Notes under the pieces: model-generated | The model's input: only the letters and a program-made list of their open reading frames with translations | Told to the model about the DNA's origin: nothing | The model's database searches: none | Shown here: piece after piece, positions 9,460 through 20,865 of the stretch | Numbering within the stretch: the first letter of the stretch is position 1 | Layout of the letters: each line of letters opens with the position of its first letter | Translations under genes and position numbers: made by a program | Source of the DNA: Bacillota bacterium | GTDB taxonomy: Bacteria > Bacillota > JAAYKD01 | DNA length: 31,952 bases | Direction: 5' to 3' | Assembly (NCBI GenBank): GCA_963666425.2 | Contig: CAXXTX010000003.1 | Span: forward strand, 1 to 31,952

Positions 9460-9909
9460 CTTCACTCCGCAATCCCGTTCAGTAAAAAACCAATGATATT
9501 TTAATGGAAAATCCCATCCATATCTGCATAACTTTCCGGTATATCCTTCTGAATGATGTTTTGTTTAGAAAAAATCTCTTGTCAGCTTCAGAGGATCTTT
9601 TTCACTTACCATCTTTTCTTCATTATTCATATCATATGCAGATTGAATACATAAACGCTTGTCACCGGAATTAACCACAAAGTCAATCTCTTTTTGAACA
9701 TTGCGGTTATTTCTTCGATCTCTGACGACACCAGTATCCACAGAGTATCCTTTAACAAGCAATTCATTATAAATAGTATTTTCCATGACAGGAGCCAGAT
9801 CGAATTGCTTAAAATTCAAGCGGGCGCTGCGTAGTCCGAGGTTTGCATAGCAATATTTGTTAGGATACTCAAAATATCGCTTTCTAAATCCGGGACCATA
9901 TCTGGTCAA
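9460..9909 (-). pseudogene. C-terminal DUF4143 fragment of a COG1373-type AAA+ ATPase
   Basis: KYCYANLGLR, MENTIYNELL..GY, KEIDFVV and CIQSAY. The ATPase half is missing and the tail continues out of frame. Confidence 0.75.
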
Positions 9910-9990
9910 ATAGTAGTCCTACTGAGGTTGATGGATGGAAGCACTATCATTCGCAAAGAAATTTTTTAATTTTTAAAGCGCCATAATAGT

Positions 9991-11634
9991 TTATTTGTAT
10001 AATATATCTTTGGCTTCTTTCAAATCAATACGAGCCTTATGTCCGTGTTTCTCTAATAAATATAGCAAATTTGCCCCATTCATTAGAGTAATTGGTTTTC
10101 CTTGCGCGAAACTATACGCATCATTTCCATAATTAGACGTTGTCACAAGGATGCCTTTTGTAGCTCCCTCATTCATCACAGTTCCATATAAATCTCTTAC
10201 AGCGGAAACACCCACAACATTTGTATATCTTTTTGCTTGTATAACTATTTTTCCACCACGTATCGGATCAGGATCAAAAGCGACAGCGTCAACACCTCCA
10301 TCACGGCTCGCTTGTGTAATCTTCACTTCTCCACCATTCGTGTTAAATTCTTGCTCGAATATTTCTCGAATAAGGTTTTCAAAATCTTGCCAATCAATAG
10401 CAGCTAAATTAATCCCTTCATCTAGGCTGTCCGAAACGGCATATCCTTCAACAAATCTTTTATCCTCCCGCTTCATCAACACAACCGGCGCTATAGGTAT
10501 AACATTAGCAAATGTTGCAGCAGAAACTCCTTTAGAACTTTTAAACCAAGACTTTGGGTCAACAGCTTCTAGGTTTATTTCTTCAAAAGCATTCCTTGCG
10601 ATGTTTACAGATAAAATATACGGCTCGATACTTTTGCCAGTAGCTTTGTCGATTGTGCTAATTTTCCCATTCAGAACCACAGAGTCAATTATAAAATATG
10701 GCTTGCTTAAGGTGAAAATATTATTTAAGACTTGTAGCACGATTTGATACATTACATTATCATATTTTGTTTTCATATATGATTCAGAATAGTAAGTCTC
10801 TTTAAATTCTTTTTTTGACTTAGTATAAGTGACGCTCTTCAATTTTGGTATATCATCGATAACTGGTAAGAATAAGTCAACAATGAGGATTTTTCTTTCT
10901 GCATCATATTCTACTTCAACGGTTTTTTCATAACTGAAGGGTAATTCTACTCTTTCCAGCGTCAGCATAAAATAACGTTCAACCTCTTCGGTATTACCAG
11001 ATTTGTATTTCTCAAAAAATGAATCTATATTTTTATTCACATCTGCCTGAATCCGTAGATACTCATTTCGTCTTGCATCCCATTGCTCAATCAAAACTTT
11101 ACTCTTTTGTGTTTCTCTATTATATATTTCTTCAGCAACAGATTTTGCAGTCATCCACGCATTGGTATCTTTATTAAATTCTGCTAGGTAATTCTCATTG
11201 AATTCAGCCAATTTCTTTTTAGATAGCAATGTAAAAAAAGAAGGTTTGCGATTATATTTAGGATCAGATAGTTGCGGTTTTTCCGGAATTTTCATAAGTG
11301 TTGGATTTTGCGGTCGAGGTTCGGGGAATTTGGCAAGATTTTTTAGCTTATTCATATCAAGAGGAAGAGGGTGAAGAGCACTAGTTAATATCCTATCTAG
11401 AGAATTCTGAGTACTTTCGGCTTGCAGTGTTGCTTCAAGAGCATATGTTAAGGAGTCACCTTCATTTTTAATCTTGGCTTCTCTCTCGGTTATTCTTGCC
11501 CATTGCTCATCCCATTGCGACTTCTGCGAATCGATTTTTTGACTTAATTCATACTGAGTTGTAGCTTTAACAACACGGTATTTATTTAGCCCTTTATGAT
11601 AAACTTCTTGCTGATAGATATTCCTCGTTGCCAT
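9991..11634 (-). CDS. mrr: Mrr-family (type IV) restriction endonuclease with a long helical N-terminus
   Basis: C-terminal Mrr_cat domain: WQDFENLIREIF, TQASRDGGVDAVA, IVIQAKRY, VGVSAVRDLYG, GILVTTS. Confidence 0.88.
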   Translation of the reverse strand: MATRNIYQQEVYHKGLNKYRVVKATTQYELSQKIDSQKSQWDEQWARITEREAKIKNEGDSLTYALEATLQAESTQNSLDRILTSALHPLPLDMNKLKNLAKFPEPRPQNPTLMKIPEKPQLSDPKYNRKPSFFTLLSKKKLAEFNENYLAEFNKDTNAWMTAKSVAEEIYNRETQKSKVLIEQWDARRNEYLRIQADVNKNIDSFFEKYKSGNTEEVERYFMLTLERVELPFSYEKTVEVEYDAERKILIVDLFLPVIDDIPKLKSVTYTKSKKEFKETYYSESYMKTKYDNVMYQIVLQVLNNIFTLSKPYFIIDSVVLNGKISTIDKATGKSIEPYILSVNIARNAFEEINLEAVDPKSWFKSSKGVSAATFANVIPIAPVVLMKREDKRFVEGYAVSDSLDEGINLAAIDWQDFENLIREIFEQEFNTNGGEVKITQASRDGGVDAVAFDPDPIRGGKIVIQAKRYTNVVGVSAVRDLYGTVMNEGATKGILVTTSNYGNDAYSFAQGKPITLMNGANLLYLLEKHGHKARIDLKEAKDILYK

Positions 11635-11744
11635 ATTGTCTCACATCTTTCTTAGTTATTTCGCCTACGATTTTTCTCGGATCGATTATCATATTGCTGC
11701 CAAGTAGCTTTTACCGCTAACCGACAGGATCTTTTTCAACCATG

Positions 11745-11768
11745 CTTTGACATCAAACATGACCGCTT
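11745..11768 (-). pseudogene. Short rlmD 3'-end-like relic
   Basis: Minus strand AAGCGGTCATGTTTGATGTCAAAG reads ..CLMSK, resembling ETVCLMSR; plus strand TTGACATCAA is shared with the relic at 28423. Confidence 0.35.
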
Positions 11769-11863
11769 AGGATAAACTGGCTGGTGTTGTAAACCTGCTC
11801 TCAAAAGCCATAAAGTTAAATTATTCCAGCTTCAATCGCAAGGTGAATTATATGCAATTTTAC

Positions 11864-12082
11864 TTATTCATTATCTATAATCTTACCTTCTCTTAATAAT
11901 CCTCTTCGTTTTTCTTCCAACTGTTGTTTTGTTAAAAACGGTTCTAGTCTTACATCTTGATAGAATGAGAAATGATTATATAGTAGCTCAATAGGAGCAT
12001 AGGCGATCCATCCGCGCGAATCTGTGATTTTTGATTTAAGCAAAACATTAGATTTCACATCAATATTAGATCTATCTTCCAT
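11864..12082 (-). CDS. Small hypothetical protein (72 aa), last gene of the Hsp70 operon
   Basis: ATG lies 5 bp after the Hsp70 stop, with a GAGGT RBS overlapping the end of Hsp70. Confidence 0.55.
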   Translation of the reverse strand: MEDRSNIDVKSNVLLKSKITDSRGWIAYAPIELLYNHFSFYQDVRLEPFLTKQQLEEKRRGLLREGKIIDNE

Positions 12083-12087
12083 TTATG

Positions 12088-13600
12088 CTACCTCATTTCT
12101 ACGCCAAAACAAATGTGATGAATCTGCTCTTTTTTTCTCAAACGCTTATTTAAACCATAACCTGCTATATGAAGCACGATATTCTCATCTATCATGAAAG
12201 ATACTTCGATGTCATCTGGTGAATTTGTTCGAATATCATTTTGTATTGGTATGTTGATTATTGCTAAATTCTTGTCCTTTATATTACTTGAACAACCTTC
12301 CGTAATAATTAATTTTGCTTCGCTGTCTCTATTGTCAACGCAAGTAAAAACTTCCTTCTTTTCCGGCATTCGCTCTCTAACAAGTGGCATGTTTTGTTCA
12401 AATATTACCCAACTAGATTGATCTGATAACTCAACCATGAGATTTTTTGATAAATATGGGGACCAATTCATTTCATTGACCACTGCAGCTCCCTGAGCTA
12501 TAACCAAATCTGGATTTTGAGGAGTACAAAACACGCGAACCAAATTTATCTTCTACTGCCCTTTTTACTAAAGGAATATTGGAAGAGCCTCCCGTCATTA
12601 ACACAAGAGATATTTGATCATTAGATATTCCAGCTTGTTTAATAGCAATATTAATTTTGTTTATGGCAGCATCGACATGATGCTGAATACTCTTCTCAAA
12701 ATCATTCCGGTTGATTACATCAGTATAATCGTAATATTTGCGATTGGCATCATCGTAAAAAATTTCGTCTATTTGAATATTTTCTTGGAATTTTGCGGAT
12801 AAAGCAATCTTGCATTCTTCAGCAAACATTCGTAATGCATCGTTTCTTTCACCCAACTTACTCTGTAAAAAATCAATTGGGAATTTATCCGAGTGCTTCT
12901 CGATAAAACGATTACTAAATAGATTCATTAGTTCTTCATCGAATTTATCGCCTGCTATCCCAGTCAATTCACTAGTGCTTAACTCCCATAAGCGGTTTTG
13001 CTCAATTTTAACTATTGTAATATCAAGTGTCCCACCACCCCAATCAAAAACGAGAACATGCGAATTACGTGATGTTAATGTTTTTTTCATTTCTGGATCA
13101 GTATGCATAAATCCAATTAGTGCGGCAAATGGTTCATGAATAAAAGTATCAATAGAGATTCCGGCTAAATTGAAAGCTTTTCTTAATTCTTCACGTTGTT
13201 TTCCATTAAAATTAATAGGGATAGTTACAACCGCTTGGTTATAGTTGGTATTTCTGCTATCCGCCTTTTCAGTTTCCGCTGTTTTCTTTATATGTTTAAT
13301 GATATCTGCTACGATTTCATATGGTTGAACAAGGCGACCCAATACCGAAATCTTCTTTCCCGAACCTAATTTTGATTTAATAGAAGTCTCAATGTGATGC
13401 CCAGGCATATTACTGAATGCGTTTACTTTCTCTTTAGCTGTTTTGCCAACTATCACATGTTTATCATGATACCAAACAACCGACGGCGTAGGTTTATCGG
13501 GAGTACCGGTAGATGTAAAACAAGAGAACTGACCTGACTCCTTATCAAAAGCGACTAAGGATGAATTTGTTGTACCGAAATCAATGCCGATTTTTGCCAT
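12088..13600 (-). CDS. Atypical Hsp70-family protein (~500 aa), frameshift near 12530
   Basis: GIDFGTTNS, AVVTIP..F...QRE, HEPFAA, VFDWGGGTLD and LMTGGSSNIP, then in the second frame NPDLVIAQGAA and a short beta-sandwich-like tail. No DnaK helical lid. Confidence 0.88.
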
Positions 13601-13603
13601 GAG

Positions 13604-14644
13604 TTAATCCTCCCGATCCACCATTTTTTTAAGATTTGCTATTCTTCTCTCTAATCTTTCTTTTTCTGGTGATTCTATATGATTAAGAATCATGCTGAGT
13701 CCGTCAATCTCTAATCTTAATGTTCGATAAAATTCATCTTTGAATTGAGTTTGAAAGACACGATTTTCATTTGATGACCGTTGGATTTCGGATTGAATTC
13801 TATATTCTAAATCTTCTACTTTCTTCTTGCTATTTTCTAAAATCAGTTTTGATTCACTTAACTCAATCTTGAGCTGCATCTTTTCGCTTACTAAACACTG
13901 TTGCGTCTCTCTCAACATATTGTTTGTTTCCTGTAACCTATCATATTTCGTTTTATAATCGTTCAAATGCGATATTAATTGCTCTTCCTTTTTTTCTGCT
14001 AGATTATGAAGATAAGATAGATTAAGCAAGCCAGGTAACCGATTTTTAGCCAAAATGGCATCGCTGAAAAAGCTTTGGGTTTATTTTCTCATAGAGGGGA
14101 AAGAGAATTCTCTTTCAATTATCTTGATGACCGATAATTCGTAGGTCTGTAACAACAAAGGCATTTGCTTTTGTTTGATATAGATCAAACATAATATAGT
14201 TCTAAAAAAAGAACTCTTGTTCGGAGTTATATATACTATGCCGGTTAACATCTGTTGTTAAAAAATCAAGCAGTTTATCCTGGCTTTCTAGTTCATCCAA
14301 CGTATCAAGGATAAATAGAATGTCATTATTTAGGGTTTTCAAGTAAGATCGGTTTTCTTCTCGGATAAGCGTATTTAGTAAACTAAGTAGAGTATTCTTT
14401 TTTTTTGCGATCCATTAAGTTTGTTTTTGAAACATTCATGATAATCATCAAATAAAGCTTAAAACGCTCTTCTTGTAATTTTTCAAGAAAAAAATCTATA
14501 TATTCTTGCGCCGATTCAGCAAATGCATCCAATTTCAGAACCAATTTCAAAGTCTTGTAGTATTTTTTAACATCAGGTTTTTTCTTGCCCTTTCAACTCA
14601 ATTAATGCCTGATCTATTGAAAGAAGTTTTATGGTTTTTTTCAT
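13604..14644 (-). CDS. Hypothetical protein with a C-terminal coiled coil, multiple frameshifts
   Basis: Starts MKKTIKLLSIDQALIELK at 14644 with an ATGA overlap on the upstream gene. Fragments continue to ORF 13604..14053 (heptad-rich LQETNNMLRETQQ..LEYRIQ). Stop is 3 bp before the Hsp70 start. Confidence 0.6.
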
Positions 14645-15755
14645 TTCACTTCACACCCTGACTTTATTATAAATCTAATTTTTACTTGCTTTAAGTAATA
14701 GCGGTACCCCTGCTCATCTTCATTTAACTTTGGCCATCCCCGCTTTTAGTAATAAGATTTTGTCCCTTAATACTTTATTCAAGTCTCGATTCTGCATAGA
14801 ACTGTTCAATAGAGCCTAAATAATGATTCACTGCATTATATTCTTTTTGTCATAAAACTTATTATCGCTTTCGTATTTTGATATTCGCTTTCTTCAACGT
14901 AAATCTCAAAAATCTTATCGCTTTGTTCTTCCTTGATTGTTTTATTACTAATTTCTTTTCCTGATAGAAAAGCACATACTAAAGAGAATTCGCTTTCAGT
15001 ATTATCTTTAGCATAATTCACTCAAACCATCAATCCAAAGATATCTCAGGGAGATTAACTTAACTAAAAGCCTAGAGCGTGCATCATTTTCTATGAAAGG
15101 CAATAATCTATTATACGCACTATAATAAATATTGATCACAATCGCCTAGATCTGTATTAATACAAGCAAAAAAATAATTGAAATAGTGCATCAATGTATT
15201 CTCTCTCCGGTAATTCCAACCTGAAATCTTTCTTGAATTTATTTACTTCTAAAATGTTCGGTCTTTGATTTATATATGCAGCTTTATTCATTGAGTGTAT
15301 AATTTCACTCACTTTCGGGGATATTGATCTAATTTTTCTTCGATAGATTTTTCTAATCTCATTATCTATCTCAAATTCAATTATATCCATATCCTGAGTA
15401 ATGTAAGAGGTGAGATCTTTGGTATCCATTTTTCGTTTTTATATCGTAAACCCGATCATTGAAGATGAAAGTTGTATTTTTATTTTTAGGGTAAAATCCA
15501 AAGCTATTTATATTCATTTCTATAAATTCGCCAGGTATTGAATACCTCGTTATTAAGATAAACTTTTATGGGACTATCATTATGCTCCTTCCTCATGTGA
15601 TCGAACAACTTTTCATCGCTATCAAAACGTTCTTCACAATAAATGCAGCTTCTTAGAAGTGGTAACTGTTTAGTCTGAAATATGTATGGTTTAATCTTCT
15701 CCCAATTAATCCACCTTTGATCAATGAGATCTTCTGTATATTTGGCATAACCCAT
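14641..15755 (-). CDS. Hypothetical protein with an N-terminal C2H2 zinc finger, multiple frameshifts
   Basis: GGGGGA RBS; CIYCEERFDSDEKLFDHMRKEH. ORFs 15504..15755, 15157..15429 and 14836..15021 join across indels and end ..KSGCEVK* at 14641. Confidence 0.6.
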
Positions 15756-16249
15756 TTAAATCTATTCCCCCCCTATCGAAACTGGAAGTCCGCGTAGAAT
15801 TACCTTTTCGAATTATTCATTTTCTAATCGGCTGCAAGCCTTTCATGAAATGAGAAACTCGCTTCATGAAATAAAACAAGCATATAATGAGCCTGATCAG
15901 AGGAGTATTTTACATCATTGCTTACTTATGAAAATTGATTACACCGGATAAGGTGAATTTGGGAAAACCCGCTTTGGTGGGTAGACCAAATAGAAGTATT
16001 AATTTTTATTAAATTTAAACTAATAATACCGAGGGAAATCATCAGAAAGTCCGTTTATTATCATCAAGAAAATACTAGAAAAATCATAATGAAAAAGATA
16101 ATTGACTACTATTTAAAATCAAAACCCAACTAAATACATCCCATAAAAATACTTACGTACAAATAATCTTAGCATTTTATGTCTTATTTGATTTGGTCTA
16201 TCACTTTAGCACGAGGCTTATGACGACACAGGTAAGTAACATTTTATTG

Positions 16250-16570
16250 ATCAATGGAGTTTGTCCTTAGGTCTTGCAATAGGTAGATCTTCTAGAATAT
16301 CATTATTATTATCAACTCCAAAATACCCAGGCATTAGTTCTGCCATCTGCGCCCAAAAGAAATTGAATTCTTCTTCCATCTTGGCAATAATGGCAACGCA
16401 TTCATCTTCTGTGAAGAAGTCAAGCTGCATAATGCGGGCATAGACTTCGGGATGAAAATAGGCTGTAAGTTTGACTTCGGTGTCATTGACGCTTTGAATT
16501 TGAGCCTAGAGGCGAAGCAGAAATTCTCTTTGGGTGATTGGGGTGTGACTTTGCGGTCATTCCAAGACAT
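16250..16570 (-). pseudogene. Small hypothetical gene, frameshifted
   Basis: Strong AAGGAGG RBS before MSWNDRK; a more protein-like continuation (AYFHPEVYARIMQLDFFTEDECVAIIAKMEEEF..) lies in another frame. Confidence 0.45.
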
Positions 16571-16886
16571 GATAGAACATCCTCCTTAAATTTTATTGCA
16601 GACGCTTGGCACGTCTCCATTTATATAAATCACGGCATTTGCCAGTAACAAAAGAACCTGCCAGGTAAAGGAACCTAATACATCATCCTCCAACAGAAAC
16701 AAACTTCTGTGACATAAACACCGCTTATCCAATTGCATTTACACACAGGAAATTTTCAAAATTTCTCGAATTTAATTTTGGCTTAGTTTCTCATGAATTT
16801 TTCAATATTCTGTATAGCGCTTCGTTTTTCAGCTTCTCTCAATGACCAGAGGGGTATTCCTTATTCAAATATGTTAGCATCTTTGT

Positions 16887-17566
16887 TTAAATCTTGGTTG
16901 TTTCTACAAGAAGCGGCATGTGGTCACTGTACTTGATCCATTTTTCATAGTCTCCAATTGCAAATCGCTCCAAATTATCTCGACCTAAATAGCAATAATC
17001 GATATGGTATGGTTTCTCTTTCTTCCGGTAAAGATAAAATGTTGCTGTATTCTCTTGACCTTGCGGTTCATTGTTCACACAGTGATACGCGCTATGAAGA
17101 CCGATATCATTGAATTTCCTATTTAATGATGAATGATTCCGTTCATTATGCTTTTTTATCCCAAATGACATTGCTGTTGAAATCCCCGATGATTACAGAA
17201 TTTTCTCGTAATTTATCTATGTTGATTGTCTGATAATCATAGTGCACTTCAATATAAGGGCTCATTGCCCAAACACCTAATAGATCAAATTTACCGTTGA
17301 TATTGACTGAGAGAAAATTTCTTAGCTTAGAGGCATCCCAGTTATTATTTCTTAAGTCAACATATTCTTTGGCAAATATCCCCAATCCCTTATTAGGAGT
17401 TGCACCTACCCAAAGCGAATTTGATGCAAATTCTTCATATTCACTTTGCCTACTGCACTTTGGGTTTTCGCATTCCTGAATCACATAAACATCCGCATCC
17501 AACTCCTTTATGGGTCTTATACTTCTCTCGAAATTTTCCGTTGCAATTCCATGAAACAATTCTCAT
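16887..17566 (-). CDS. Endonuclease/exonuclease/phosphatase (EEP) family protein, two frameshifts
   Basis: MRIVSWNCNG start at 17566, DVYVIQEC, IIGDFNSN, YHIDYCY and YSDHMPL. Confidence 0.85.
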
Positions 17567-17648
17567 ATGACTTCCTCTGTCTTCTACTTATAATCGAATT
17601 CCGTAAAATGATAAATAAACGTATCTCTTTTCTTTCTCGTTCCGGTTA

Positions 17649-17678
17649 ACGGGGTTGAGTTCATTTACTCAACCCCGT
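17649..17678 (-). terminator. Hairpin immediately after the hsdR stop
   Basis: Perfect 12-bp stem ACGGGGTTGAGT-N6-ACTCAACCCCGT. Confidence 0.7.
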
Positions 17679-17683
17679 ATTGG

Positions 17684-20600
17684 TTACCCGTCCTCGTTTT
17701 GGCACATTAATTTGGTCTGTTCCATTACAGTGTCAATCGCTTTCGCTGTCTTGTCTGGTGGATAGCCATACTTCTTCAACATGCGTTTAATCGTCATTTT
17801 CATTTTTGCCTGAACACTATCACGAATTGCCCAGTCCACACTAATATTATTTTTTATAGACCGTGTCAGATCGCGCGCAATTTGCTTCAAGATCTCTTCA
17901 CCCATGATTTCTTTGGCGGATTCATTATCTGCCAGAGCATCATAAAAGGCCAATTCATCCGGTGTTAAGCCTGAACTCTCCCCGCGCTTTGCTGCTGTAC
18001 TAATCTGTTTCGCCAGTTCGATGAGCTCCATGATCACTTGCGTTGTCTCAATGGCTCGGTTCTGATATTTTCTGAGTGCATTTTCCAATAGCTCCGAGAA
18101 TTTTTTCGATTGCACAAGATTACGTCTGGAAAAAGTCTTGATACTGCCTTTCAGTAATCTGTTCAGGAGCTCAACCGCAAGGTTCTTCTGCTTCATTCCT
18201 TTTACTTCTTCCAGGAACTCTTCTGAAAGGATAGCGATATTCGGCTTGGAAAGTCCAACCGAACCCAAGATATCAATTACTTCATTCGAAGAAATCGATC
18301 TTGAAATCAACTGGTTCAATTCGCTGTCAAGTTGTGAAGTTGTTTTTTTCTTGCTGTCATCACTGACTATTTTAATCAGGCTTGCCTTCACCGCTTTATG
18401 GAAACCAACCTCAACATTCAGGCTTTCTGCCACTTCCGTTGTTGCACAGAGAGAATAGGCCCTGGTCATTTCGGTCACCAGCTGAATGTAGTCATTCTTT
18501 CTATGATATCACGAAGGCCGATAATATAATCCATGGTTTCCACAATTGCATGCATTTTCTCACTCAGTTTACCTGTAAAAAATTTGCTATAATCATGCCC
18601 ATACAGCAATTCTTTGACCAGATCATATTTTTCAAGCAGAACCTCTGCTGCAACTTCCGTATCAATACCGGCTGTTTTCTTATCATTTTCAGTATATTGC
18701 GCAAGTGCTTCTTTCAATTTCTCAGCAATACCGATATAGTCAACAATCAAGCCGCCTTGTTTATCTTTGAATACGCGGTTGACTCTGGCAATCGCCTGCA
18801 TCAGATTATGCCCTTGCATCGGTTTATCCAGATACATGGTATGCAGGGTAGGTACATCAAAGCCGGTCAGCCACATGTCCCGCACAATGACAAGTTTCAA
18901 CTCATCATTTTTGTCTTTCATCCGTTTTGCCAATGCTTCGCGGCTTGCCTTTGTGCCAATAAACTTCTGCCATTCAGCCGGATCGGAAGATGCTCCTGTC
19001 ATGACGATTTTTATTTTCCCTGCCTGCAAATCATCACTATGCCAATCTGGCCTTAATACCACAATTTCTTTGTAAAGATCAATTGCAATCCTTCGGCTCA
19101 TGGCAACAATCATCGCTTTGCCGCCTTCATATTCCTGTGCCTGATCTCGTTTTTCAAAATGCTCAACAATGTCCTTGGCAATCTGCTTGATTCGTTCGCG
19201 CGCGCCTACAATTGCTTCCAGCCTGGCCCATTTGCTCTTCAGTTTTTCTTTTTGGCTGTATTCCTGATATTCGGTGATCTCATCGTATTCTATGTCTACT
19301 TTTGGTTTCAGTTCCTCCGGCAGCTCCAGTTTCGCAATTCTGCTTTCATAATAGATCTTAACCGTTGTTCCATCTTCCACCGCTCTGGTCATGTCATAGA
19401 TATCGATATAATCCCCAAAGATAGCGCGAGTGTTTTTATCCGTTAACTCTACCGGTGTTCCGGTAAACCCGATATACGATGCATTTGGTAAACTGTCTCG
19501 CATATATTTGGCATAACCATACTTCAGATCAGCTCTATCGTCGCCCTTTACAACATCAGCACCGAATCCATACTGACTGCGATGAGCTTCATCTGCGATG
19601 ACGATCACGTTATTGCGATCCGTTAGAACCATTGATTCATAATATACCGGTCCCGTTTCTGCGGCTCTATTCAGCTGCACCTCTTCACCAACTTCATTCG
19701 CGAAGGGAACGAATTTTTGTATTGTAGTGAAAATAATTCCCCCACTGGTTCGATTGTTCAGTAATTCCCTGAGATGCGTCCGATCAGTAGCTTGAACTGG
19801 CGTACTTCTTAAAATATCTTTGCTCTTTTGGAAAGTACCGTACAGTTGATCGTCCAAGTCATTTCGATCGGTAATCACCACTATGGTTGGATTTTCCAGC
19901 TCTTCGTTGACCACCAATTTTCCGGCATAGAAAACCATGGATAAACTCTTACCGCTGCCTTGCGTGTGCCAAATAACGCCAATTCTTCTGTCACCGGATT
20001 TCTGGATGGCGCGCTCTGTGCTTTCGATTGCTTTGTTCACGGCATGATACTGGTGATACCCGGCTAAAATTTTGATGATTTCCTTGCCGTCACTTTGGAA
20101 TAAGACAAAATATCTGATGATATCTAAGAAGCGGTCTTTCTGAAACATTCCTTTAATCAGAACTTCCAACTGCGGAATCGATATTGGCGCCACATCATCT
20201 CCGTCAATTGTCCGCCAGGCCATAAACCTGTCTTCATCAGAAGTCAGCGTGCCGGCTTTGGCGTTGATTCCGTCACTGGTTACCAAGAAGGAGTTATAGG
20301 TAAATATAGAGGGAATTGTCATTTTATAGGTTTGTAGTTGGTTATAAGCATCTGAAATATCCACATTTTCATTGCTGGCACTTTTTAATTCAAGGACAAC
20401 AAGTGGAATTCCATTGACAAACGCCACCACATCCGGACGCTTTATCACACCCTGCTCAATAATCGTAAACTGGTTGGCCACCATGAATTCATTATTCAGC
20501 GGCTTTTCAAAATCGAAAACAAATACCTTTTCCGTTCGGTAACTGGCATCCGCTTGTTTCACCTGAACATCAATGCCATCTGTGATCATATTCTGGAAGG

Positions 20601-20865
20601 CTTTGTTATTCATGATCAGGCTTGGGCTTTGCGGAATATTTATTTGCCTGAAGGCTTCCTCAAGAGCTTCATTAGGCATCTTCGGATTGATTCTAACCAG
20701 CGCTTCTTTCAGGCGATCATTTAGAATTACATCGCTAAAGTCTTCACGTTCCGGGTACTCTCCATCCGGCGCAATATCAGACCCGAAAACGATCTCATAG
20801 CCTAACTCCTCGAACCATTCCAGAGTAGCTTCTTCTAGGTGGGATTCACAGAAATTTTTAGGCAA
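17684..20865 (-). CDS. hsdR: Type I restriction enzyme R subunit, frameshift near 18500
   Basis: [19 protein letters not shown] nuclease motif, [29 protein letters not shown] and QAIARVNR; the C-terminal part is in ORF 17684..18478. Confidence 0.95.

Noticed and set aside
12088-13600. Housekeeping dnaK
   Set aside because: Too short, divergent, lacks the lid and linker, and has no hrcA-grpE-dnaJ context.
18382-19056. 224-aa plus-strand ORF (also 10151..10747 and similar)
   Set aside because: Antisense shadows of well-supported minus-strand genes (hsdR, mrr) with no motifs of their own.
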